Translations under genes and position numbers: made by a program
Notes under the pieces: model-generated
The model's database searches: none
Seen by the model: only the letters and a program-made list of their open reading frames with translations
Told to the model about the DNA's origin: nothing
Assembly (NCBI GenBank): GCA_041694885.1
Contig: JBGFRX010000039.1
Span: 1 to 30,294, forward strand
Direction of reading: 5' to 3'
Length of the DNA stretch: 30,294 nt
From: Candidatus Micrarchaeota archaeon
GTDB lineage: Archaea > Micrarchaeota > Micrarchaeia > Anstonellales > Bilamarchaeaceae
Shown here: in pieces, positions 15,334 through 22,841 of the stretch
Layout: every line of letters begins with the position of its first letter
How positions within the stretch are numbered: position 1 is the first letter of the stretch

Positions 15334-16488
15334 ATGGACAGCAGGCATATGTTGGGCGCACTTTTGTTTCTCTTATCTGCATTTTCACTTTATCTGCTCT
15401 GGCAAAATGCCGCGCTCAACGATGCGCTTGAAGAAATTTGGAATGAGCTGAATACAACTGCTTTCAGATTAAACGAAAGCCGCGCGGATATTTCCAGGCA
15501 GAGTCGGGAAATTGAAGTGAAAAACGCTGAAATCAGGCAAACAAGGCAAACACTGGATAATGCGCTCTCAGAGCTAAATACCACTAAGAACGAGCTGGCA
15601 ACCAGAAATCAAGAGCTTGTCGAAACGAAAAAAAAGTTGGATGAGACGTCATGGCTCCTGAACAAGACAACACAGGTGCTGAACGAAACAAAAGGCGAGT
15701 TCCTTCAGCTAAAGGCAGACATAGTTGCATTGGAGGAATCCGTGAATTCGTCGATACAATGGTTCAGGGACAATTCCCTGCTTCCACCAGAATTTGATAA
15801 TATTTTGCCTTCAGCAACCGTTAATTGTGTAAGAGAAGACGCCATAAACTTAGGGTGTATTCCGTATTTTTTGAGAACGAAACGGGGCTTTGATTACAAG
15901 TTCGAATCGCAGGACCGCCTTTATTCGATAAGCGAAATGATCCTCCGTGGCGGCGGGGACTGTGAGGACTACTCGCTTCTCCTCAAGGCATTGCTCAACA
16001 GCTTCAAAAAAACCGGCAACAACTACATGCTGACAGGTTGGAGCAGCGGCACAGGGGAATTCAGGATATACGAGACGCAGTACGGCTACAAATACTATCC
16101 GAATGCGGTTGCCCATCAATTCGGCTATCTTCAGGATTTTAATTCATACATGATTTGCTATATTACCGGCTTCAACGGCAGCGTATTGGAAGGCCATTGC
16201 ATTGTCGCGCTTTCGGAAAAAAACATCACCTCTCCGGATTCGCTGGGACTGCTGAACGGCGCAGAGACGTTTGAACCGCAGAATGGCCGGTATACTGGAA
16301 AAATAGGAAGCGATTTCATCATGTGCGTCCCAGGTTACGCTTGCGGAAAAACACCCGGCAACATCGTAATGGTAGTGAGCGATTATGATTTGTACGCGTT
16401 TCATAAAGACGAATGGAAGAGCTACCAGCTTTACTCTGTGATTGCTTCCTCACTCGCGAAAGACATAACTGCTGCCGTAGGCGGATAG
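15334..16488 (+). CDS. Membrane-anchored coiled-coil protein with a C-terminal transglutaminase-like cysteine protease domain
   Basis: N-terminal TM LGALLFLLSAFSLYLLW; ~110-aa heptad region; GGDCEDYSLLLKALL, EGHCIV and FEPQ give a Cys-His-Glu set. Confidence 0.8.
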   Translation: MDSRHMLGALLFLLSAFSLYLLWQNAALNDALEEIWNELNTTAFRLNESRADISRQSREIEVKNAEIRQTRQTLDNALSELNTTKNELATRNQELVETKKKLDETSWLLNKTTQVLNETKGEFLQLKADIVALEESVNSSIQWFRDNSLLPPEFDNILPSATVNCVREDAINLGCIPYFLRTKRGFDYKFESQDRLYSISEMILRGGGDCEDYSLLLKALLNSFKKTGNNYMLTGWSSGTGEFRIYETQYGYKYYPNAVAHQFGYLQDFNSYMICYITGFNGSVLEGHCIVALSEKNITSPDSLGLLNGAETFEPQNGRYTGKIGSDFIMCVPGYACGKTPGNIVMVVSDYDLYAFHKDEWKSYQLYSVIASSLAKDITAAVGG

Positions 16489-16522
16489 TGCAAGACAACG
16501 AAGTGAAAGGAGTTTATTGGGT

Positions 16523-17611
16523 TCAGCCGAATTGCCCGAGCGTTTTCTGACCTTTTTTGCTTTCCAGCTTTTCTACCCGCACTCCAGCTCTCCTGAAATT
16601 CGCCTTCGTTTCCTCCATCAACCGTGAAAAAAGTTCTCTTGCAATTTTTCTTATTTCGTTTGCCCCTTCATTGGGATGCGGAAGCGTCTTAGCCCTTGCA
16701 TAGATCTTCAGATTCTCATCAATCGCGTTCACTCCTATAACCGAGAAGGCGAGATCGTTTTCCCTCAATGTATCTGAAATGTCTTTTATCAATCCTCTCA
16801 TGGCACCCATTATTTCGTCCACGTTTCGCGTATTCCGCTTCAAGGTCGCAATCCTGCTTATCTGCCTTTGCTCTTCTGCACCGCCGACTTCGCTTTTGTC
16901 AATTCCTCTTGCAGCATTCATGAGCCATCCGCATGTCTTTTTCCCAAACGTCTCCACAATCATTCCGGCCTCTGCCTTCCGCAACTGCCCTATCGTCCTT
17001 ATTCCCATTTGCCCGAGGAATTCGCCTGTTTTTTTCCCCACGCCCGGGATTTTTCTCACTTCCATCGCATTCAGAAATTGCGCCACTTCACCTGGCCTTA
17101 TAACCGTGAGTCCGTCCGGCTTCCTGAAATCGCTCGCGATTTTCGCGACTAATTTATTCGGCCCTACGCCTAAAGAGCAACTAAGATGGAATTTTTCGAA
17201 TATTTCCCTCTTTATCGTTTCCGCGATTGCTTTCGCGTTTTCATAATTCCCGCGGCTCGCCGCACTGATTTCCAATATCCCTTCGTCTATGCTCGCATAT
17301 TCGAATTTTTCCCCGTATTTCGCAAGTACTTCCATCACTCCGAGGGAAATTTTCGAATAGAGTGCGTGGTTCACAGGAAGGAAAACCGCATCTGCACCTT
17401 TCAGTCGCGCAATCGCCTCCTTTATCGGAATCCCGGATTTTACCCCATATTCTCTTGCTTCGTAATTGGCAGTGCTCACCACTCCGCTCTCGCTCGTCCT
17501 TCCGGAATAGACGCACACCACTACTGGTCTTTTCCTGTATTCCGGGCGCTCGTTCTCCTCGACCTGCGCAAAGAAATAGTCCAAATCAAGATGGATAATG
17601 ATGCGCTCCAT
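16523..17611 (-). CDS. dinB: Y-family DNA polymerase IV (DinB/Dpo4)
   Basis: IIHLDLDYFFAQVE, TANYEAREYGVKSG, SIDE, KIASDFRKPDG, IPGVG; C-terminal PIP-box-like QKTLGQF. Start ATG 17611. Confidence 0.96.
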   Translation of the reverse strand: MERIIIHLDLDYFFAQVEENERPEYRKRPVVVCVYSGRTSESGVVSTANYEAREYGVKSGIPIKEAIARLKGADAVFLPVNHALYSKISLGVMEVLAKYGEKFEYASIDEGILEISAASRGNYENAKAIAETIKREIFEKFHLSCSLGVGPNKLVAKIASDFRKPDGLTVIRPGEVAQFLNAMEVRKIPGVGKKTGEFLGQMGIRTIGQLRKAEAGMIVETFGKKTCGWLMNAARGIDKSEVGGAEEQRQISRIATLKRNTRNVDEIMGAMRGLIKDISDTLRENDLAFSVIGVNAIDENLKIYARAKTLPHPNEGANEIRKIARELFSRLMEETKANFRRAGVRVEKLESKKGQKTLGQFG

Positions 17612-17772
17612 GCTGCTCTTTCGCAGTTCGCGAAATAAAACTTTATGCAAACGCGGTTTTGAGCAGCTTTCCGGCAATCCAAAGAAAAATACGAAATGAC
17701 TGTTAACAAATCAGGACAAAGGTCCGGCTACGCTACAGTTAACTATTTATTTCATATTGCCTATCCATTTCC

Positions 17773-19311
17773 ATGCCTAAAAATTATTTTCCATTTATCG
17801 GCAAAACCGGGTTCGACAACGAAAGATATATCGATGCCCAGTCAGAAGCCATAATTGTACGCGCTTCGAAATTCGACAAACTCTATCTGGAGTTCGGCGG
17901 AAAACTCCTGTATGACTACCATGCTGCGCGCGTGCTTCCCGGCTACCACTTCGGAGCCAAAATGGAGGTGATAAAAAGATTAGCTGAAAAAAGACAGCTC
18001 GAATTTCTTTTTTGCGTGAATGCGCGCGATCTTCAACGCGGAAAAAAGATGGGTGCTTTGGGTATAACCTACCGCGATTTCTCCCTGAAGATGATCGATT
18101 CGATAGAAGATCATGGGTTCAGGGTTCCGGCCATCGCAATCAACCTGTTTTCAGGAGAGCCGGTTGCGAAGAAATTCGGCTTTTTCCTCAGGAAAAATGG
18201 CTACGAAGTACATTACCGCGGGCTGATAAAGAACTATCCAGACAACATTTCAGTAATTGCCTCTCCGCGTGGATACGGGAAAAAACCCTTCATCAAAACA
18301 AAAAAGCCCATAGTTATCGTAACCGGTGCTGGCCCGAATTCAGGCAAAATGGCCACCTGCCTTGCGATGATTTATCAGGACTATCTTAGGAGAAACGACT
18401 CCGGATATGCAAAATTCGAGAGCTTCCCTGTCTGGAACCTTCCTCTTTCCAGCCCGATAAATGCAGCATACGAAGCAGCTACTGCAGACATAGGGGATTA
18501 CAATTTAATAGATCCTTATCACCTGAAGGCATACGGCGCAAAGACGGTGAATTACAACCGCGACGTGGAAGGGTTCGTGATAATACAGAAGATGCTCAAG
18601 AAAATAATTTCCGGTTCGAATTACATGCACAATTACCACTCGCCTACGGACATGGGCATAAACAAAATGAGCGAAGGCATTGTGGACTTGAATTTGTGCG
18701 AAAAAGCCGCGAAGCAGGAGATAATAAGACGCTTTTTCAATTATCGCTCTGACCTGATTGCAGGAATGGGAAGCACTGAAGCGGTTTTCAGGGTGGAAAA
18801 GCTCATGAAAAAAATGAAAATTTCCTTGGGCGAGAGAGAAGTGGCGAAAGTTGCGCGTACAGTTGCGGATGCGGGGAAGGGTCACCGCGGAATAAAGGCA
18901 GGCGCAGCACTCATGCTGCCAAACGGAAAAACGGTCGCAGGCGGAAACAGCCCTCTTATGCACGCAGAATCCGCAGTTCTCATAAAAGGGCTGAAAATCC
19001 TCGCAGGAGTCGGAAAAGAGGAGAATGTGCTCTGGCCCGAGGCCATAGAGCAGGTAAGGAAGCTCAGGAGGGAAGCTTACAGCGACGAATCCGAAAACCT
19101 CAGCGTGCCTGAAATTCTCATCGTGCTTTCCATAAGCGCTTCCAGGAACAAAGATACTGCGAAGCTTTTCGCCCAGCTGGGGAACCTTCATTCATCCGAA
19201 CTCCACGCCACGCACGTGCTTTCTAGAGAAGATGCAGGTGCGCTCAGGAAGCTTGGGATACATTTCACTTCAGACGGAAAGAGAGAGGTGGGGAAGCTTT
19301 ATTTCAGCTGA
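17773..19311 (+). CDS. DUF1846 (UPF0371) family protein
   Basis: GFDNERY, LYLEFGGKLLYDYHAARVLPG, GPNSGKMATCL, GYAKFESFPVWNLPL, AYEAATAD, VNYNRDVE, YHSPTDMG. Confidence 0.88.
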   Translation: MPKNYFPFIGKTGFDNERYIDAQSEAIIVRASKFDKLYLEFGGKLLYDYHAARVLPGYHFGAKMEVIKRLAEKRQLEFLFCVNARDLQRGKKMGALGITYRDFSLKMIDSIEDHGFRVPAIAINLFSGEPVAKKFGFFLRKNGYEVHYRGLIKNYPDNISVIASPRGYGKKPFIKTKKPIVIVTGAGPNSGKMATCLAMIYQDYLRRNDSGYAKFESFPVWNLPLSSPINAAYEAATADIGDYNLIDPYHLKAYGAKTVNYNRDVEGFVIIQKMLKKIISGSNYMHNYHSPTDMGINKMSEGIVDLNLCEKAAKQEIIRRFFNYRSDLIAGMGSTEAVFRVEKLMKKMKISLGEREVAKVARTVADAGKGHRGIKAGAALMLPNGKTVAGGNSPLMHAESAVLIKGLKILAGVGKEENVLWPEAIEQVRKLRREAYSDESENLSVPEILIVLSISASRNKDTAKLFAQLGNLHSSELHATHVLSREDAGALRKLGIHFTSDGKREVGKLYFS

Positions 19312-19474
19312 AGGAGCAATCTTCGCTATTCGCGACTTCACGCGAAAATTTAAATATTTTTTTCTCCCAAATAGACAAGTGGGATTTGCCATTCTGCCCT
19401 TATTCAGGAAAGCCGACAAATCCATTCCATCAGGCAAACCGTTGCATAAGGCAGTCGGCGAACTATTTCCATTC

Positions 19475-19882
19475 ATGGATGGGTGCCAAAAAACAGAGAC
19501 GCCAGTACAAAAATTTGTCAAATGCCTTAGCCACCTTCCCAGGTGGATTACATCCCATGACACCAAGACACGTGCATTTATCAGAATCGAATCCAAAGAT
19601 GAGAATAATGCAGAGATACAAATAACAGTGGCGCATAAAAACCTGGCCAGAAAAAGCGAGGATTTGGAAGTCGAGTTCACCATCACGGAGCGTAAAATCG
19701 ATGAAAAAACCAATAAACCAGTCAATAATATAATAGTCAAAAAAATAATTCCATTAAGCCGCGATAATGAAGGAGGAGCATGGAACGCAACTGCTACATT
19801 CCGCATACCGAAAGATATTCCACCTTCCCCGGACTTAGGCATTTTGGACTGCGCAGTGGCACTTAGACTAGGTGCATCGTGA
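19475..19882 (+). CDS. Hypothetical beta-rich protein, possibly the 5' part of a frameshifted gene
   Basis: Open frame from ATG 19475 (the ORF-track start 19232 overlaps DUF1846); alternating beta-strand pattern; no recognisable family. Confidence 0.45.
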   Translation: MDGCQKTETPVQKFVKCLSHLPRWITSHDTKTRAFIRIESKDENNAEIQITVAHKNLARKSEDLEVEFTITERKIDEKTNKPVNNIIVKKIIPLSRDNEGGAWNATATFRIPKDIPPSPDLGILDCAVALRLGAS

Positions 19883-20096
19883 ATTACCAAGGGCTGAAGC
19901 CGTGTCGAGAGGAAAAATAAGGCTGGATTTCCCACTCGCTCAACTAAGTTATAGAGATATAAACGGTGAATATTCGGAAGCAATCGAGATACCAGTAAAT
20001 TTTAATGGCAAACAATGGCGAGGTGAAATATCAATCACTGTGCCTGAGAAATTTCTCAAAACACGGGAACTTGTAATATGGTCCGAGCAGTCATAA
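19872..20096 (+). pseudogene. Hypothetical 74-aa ORF, possible 3' fragment of the preceding gene
   Basis: Overlaps the previous ORF by 11 nt in the +1 frame; similar beta-type pattern; no clear SD. Confidence 0.3.
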
Positions 20097-20482
20097 GATA
20101 TTATATAAATAAACCACCTTATAGCAAAACATCATTAAAGTATTCTAAAACATAACAAAACCACTAGTTTAGTCAGTTTAGCTCGCGTAAGCAAGCTCTT
20201 TATTTCCGGTTTTGCTGTACAACATCGTTTTAGTAAACCATAAACACGAGTTTTAGTTCGCAGTTTGGTTTTTGGTTTACTTAATTAGTAATTGTAATAT
20301 GGTTTTGTTTACCATAGCGATAATTTTGTAATTTTACTGCGTTTTTATTCTGGGTTTTGTCTAAAAATTCCCACACAATTTATAATGCCTAAAGCTACCC
20401 TGTACAAATCAAAAGTTGGCAACTCGTGAATTTAACGACGAAGAATGGTAAAACAGCACATAAATTATTGTCTGTCTAATAA
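20097..20482. other. AT-rich non-coding region with oriented AAAC/GTTT motifs and several inverted repeats
   Basis: Largest intergenic gap in the window; lies between convergent genes; motif orientation mostly flips near 20165. Confidence 0.5.
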
Positions 20483-21274
20483 TTAATTAGAATTTCTAAT
20501 ATCTTTTGCAAGAACCTTGGATAGATAAAGTTCCGGCTTTTCTATCTCTATTATGCTATCAGGAATAATTTCCTCAGTAATCCTCCAGGCGCGCTCAGTT
20601 CCAAGTCGCATTTCCAGGAATTTTATAAACCATGCACATTCAATATCCCAACCATTCATTTGCCACAAATAACTCGATACGTCCAAGTTTGGAAAAATAC
20701 TTTTCCCAATTCTTTTTTCCATAGCTAACCATTCGAGCCGGCTTGCCCTGCCTTCAAGCATTGCCTCTAATGCGATTATTTGTTTTCGTACTGCTTCCAG
20801 ATCAGGATTTTTCTTTTTGAAAAGTCGGCAAAAAGTCCTGTTATGCGTTTCTGATAGCAACGAATCGCGTTTGGCATAAAGCGCTTCCTTTATATTGAAA
20901 AGATTGGTCTGGGCGTCCCGCCAGTGTTCTATTTCGTGTATAATATATGTCGAAAACGATAATTCGAGCTCAAGTGGATGGTGAACTATTTTTTTGAATA
21001 TGTTGTCAACAAGAAGAGTAATGATTTTGGTTTTACTGCTTATGAACCCGTATTTGTCCCTGCGCTCAGGTTCGACTTCATCTTTAGTGATGTATCTTAT
21101 TTCTGGTTCAGGAAGCTGCGAACCAAAGAATGCGGAAACGAATTCGAGCGAACGCGCTTCGCATGTGCGGAACAATTTTATTATTCCTTCTGGCTTGGTT
21201 ATTGTGTTCCGAAACGTTCTGTCAATATACTGTTCGCATTTTTCGCTTACAATACTCTTGCCAAAATGCAACAT
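20483..21274 (-). CDS. Putative zincin-like metalloprotein (HExxH plus downstream Glu)
   Basis: YIIHEIEHW and MLEGRA; 263-aa AT-rich ORF with TATA-like sequence about 25-30 nt upstream. Confidence 0.65.
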   Translation of the reverse strand: MLHFGKSIVSEKCEQYIDRTFRNTITKPEGIIKLFRTCEARSLEFVSAFFGSQLPEPEIRYITKDEVEPERRDKYGFISSKTKIITLLVDNIFKKIVHHPLELELSFSTYIIHEIEHWRDAQTNLFNIKEALYAKRDSLLSETHNRTFCRLFKKKNPDLEAVRKQIIALEAMLEGRASRLEWLAMEKRIGKSIFPNLDVSSYLWQMNGWDIECAWFIKFLEMRLGTERAWRITEEIIPDSIIEIEKPELYLSKVLAKDIRNSN

Positions 21275-21403
21275 AATATATTATTCTACACCACAATTTT
21301 TATATTTTTATGTATTTGTTCGAATAAAGAATTAGAAATTCGGAACAAAATTTAGAAATCAATCAAAAATTGTTTCGATTATGTTTTGTACATCAGAACA
21401 CGG

Positions 21404-21790
21404 TCAAAGGAGTTTCAATCTCCCCACTATCCCGTCAATCTCCTTTGCGTCCGTAGGCCCTATTGCAAAGCAGGTCGGGCTTCCGCTTTCGATCTGGGTA
21501 AGCCCAGCGTCGCGGATCATCGCAACAGGAAGCCCGGCATCTTTCGCTTTCTGGAAATAATGGAAAAGTTCTCTTTCGTTCGCAACTTTGAGAACTATTT
21601 TTTTCATCCCTTCGCTTATCCACTTTTCAGTCGCATCCTCGTTGAATTCTCTGCTTGCGAGATAAGCGGAAAGCGAAGCATGCGCAACCTGGGTTGCTGT
21701 TTTTCCCTTCCCCATTTCCAAATCAGCCCTTACTACTATCCCCTGCTTAAGGCCGGAATATTTTATTTTGAAGACGTCCAAAATGCCCAT
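21404..21790 (-). CDS. pth2: Peptidyl-tRNA hydrolase Pth2
   Basis: KQGIVVRADLEMGKGKTATQVAHAS, KKIVLKV, IRDAGLTQI, IGP, LKLL C-terminus. Start ATG 21790. Confidence 0.96.
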   Translation of the reverse strand: MGILDVFKIKYSGLKQGIVVRADLEMGKGKTATQVAHASLSAYLASREFNEDATEKWISEGMKKIVLKVANERELFHYFQKAKDAGLPVAMIRDAGLTQIESGSPTCFAIGPTDAKEIDGIVGRLKLL

Positions 21791-21824
21791 AAGGGTTAAT
21801 AATTCCTGTTTGCAATTTAAACTT

Positions 21825-22841
21825 ATGCTTGAAAAAATCAAGGCAGCAGCAGAGCACATACGCGCGATGGAAAGCGCGCTGGAGGAGAAGGCGAGTCAGT
21901 TAAGGGCTTCGGGTCACGCCTTCCAGGATGCGCTGGAAAATGGGCTTGCGCTTCCTATTTCCGAAATCAAAGTGAATGGAACGGTTGCCGCTGTGGACGG
22001 AGGGCTTCTTGCGCAGGAGATGCACGGAACCGATCTGGTGATTGCAAGGGCCGTTGCCGCGGTTTTCGAATATTCTGATTCCGGGTTGGTTTCGCACGAA
22101 TACCTTCCGAACGCATTTCCCGAAGCGGATTACGAGATAAAAATAGGGCTGGACGAACGCGAAGCGATGGCATTCAGGTCGCTTTTCCGGCTCAGGAAGG
22201 AAGTGGAATGCGCAATAGAAGTTCTGGAGAAGAAAAATCCGGAATATCTCATGATTGACGGTTCGCTTCTGCCCCTGACTGCGGACAAGCCGCCAGACGA
22301 TAGCGACATCGCCTATGATTACCAGAATGTTGTGCGCTTGTACAAGAAACTTTATGAGAGCGCAAAAACGAAGAATTGCACTCTTTTGGGAGTGATAAAG
22401 GATTCGCGGTCAAAAAGATTCGTGGATATTGCGAAAACCGCAATCGGGCTTCATTCTTCCGATTCGGTGTTTTTGAATCATCTTTTGAAGGAAGGGGAGC
22501 GGACGTTTGCATTCAAATATGCTTCTGACGTGAAAAGGCATCCGATTACAAGGGATTTCGGAGCAGATGCGGAAAAAATAAGTGCGATGTACCTGAAACC
22601 GGTCGAGGGCGACAGGCCTTTGCGCGTGGAGCTCATAGGTTCGGATTTCATTGGCATTGCGTCGCTCGTGTACTCCCTTTCCAAAATAAACCGGACATAT
22701 GCTTATCCGGCCATTTTGATCGAGGCGGATTTGAGGGCTGCGCTCGATCCGCTGGAATTGGAAAGGGCGCAGAAATCGCTTGCGATGCACACTGGGCTGG
22801 GAATTTTACCGCTCAGGCGGAATTCGAGACCGTTCAGGTAA
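21825..22841 (+). CDS. nurA: NurA-family 5'-3' nuclease
   Basis: AAVDGG, EVECA, MIDGSL, GVIKDS, RPLRVE, YAYPAILIEADLRA, RPF C-terminus. Start ATG 21825. Confidence 0.88.
   Translation: MLEKIKAAAEHIRAMESALEEKASQLRASGHAFQDALENGLALPISEIKVNGTVAAVDGGLLAQEMHGTDLVIARAVAAVFEYSDSGLVSHEYLPNAFPEADYEIKIGLDEREAMAFRSLFRLRKEVECAIEVLEKKNPEYLMIDGSLLPLTADKPPDDSDIAYDYQNVVRLYKKLYESAKTKNCTLLGVIKDSRSKRFVDIAKTAIGLHSSDSVFLNHLLKEGERTFAFKYASDVKRHPITRDFGADAEKISAMYLKPVEGDRPLRVELIGSDFIGIASLVYSLSKINRTYAYPAILIEADLRAALDPLELERAQKSLAMHTGLGILPLRRNSRPFR

Noticed and set aside
19270..19983. 237-aa minus-strand ORF with a hydrophobic stretch as the real gene in this interval
   Set aside because: It overlaps the DUF1846 end and has no SD or motif, and its hydrophobicity mirrors the A-rich plus strand. 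Not fully excluded.
20097..20482. CRISPR array or tracrRNA (GTTTTAG and AAAACAGCA resemble type II repeat and anti-repeat ends)
   Set aside because: Matches are only 7-9 nt, there are no 25-40-nt repeats at regular spacing, and there are no cas genes in the window.
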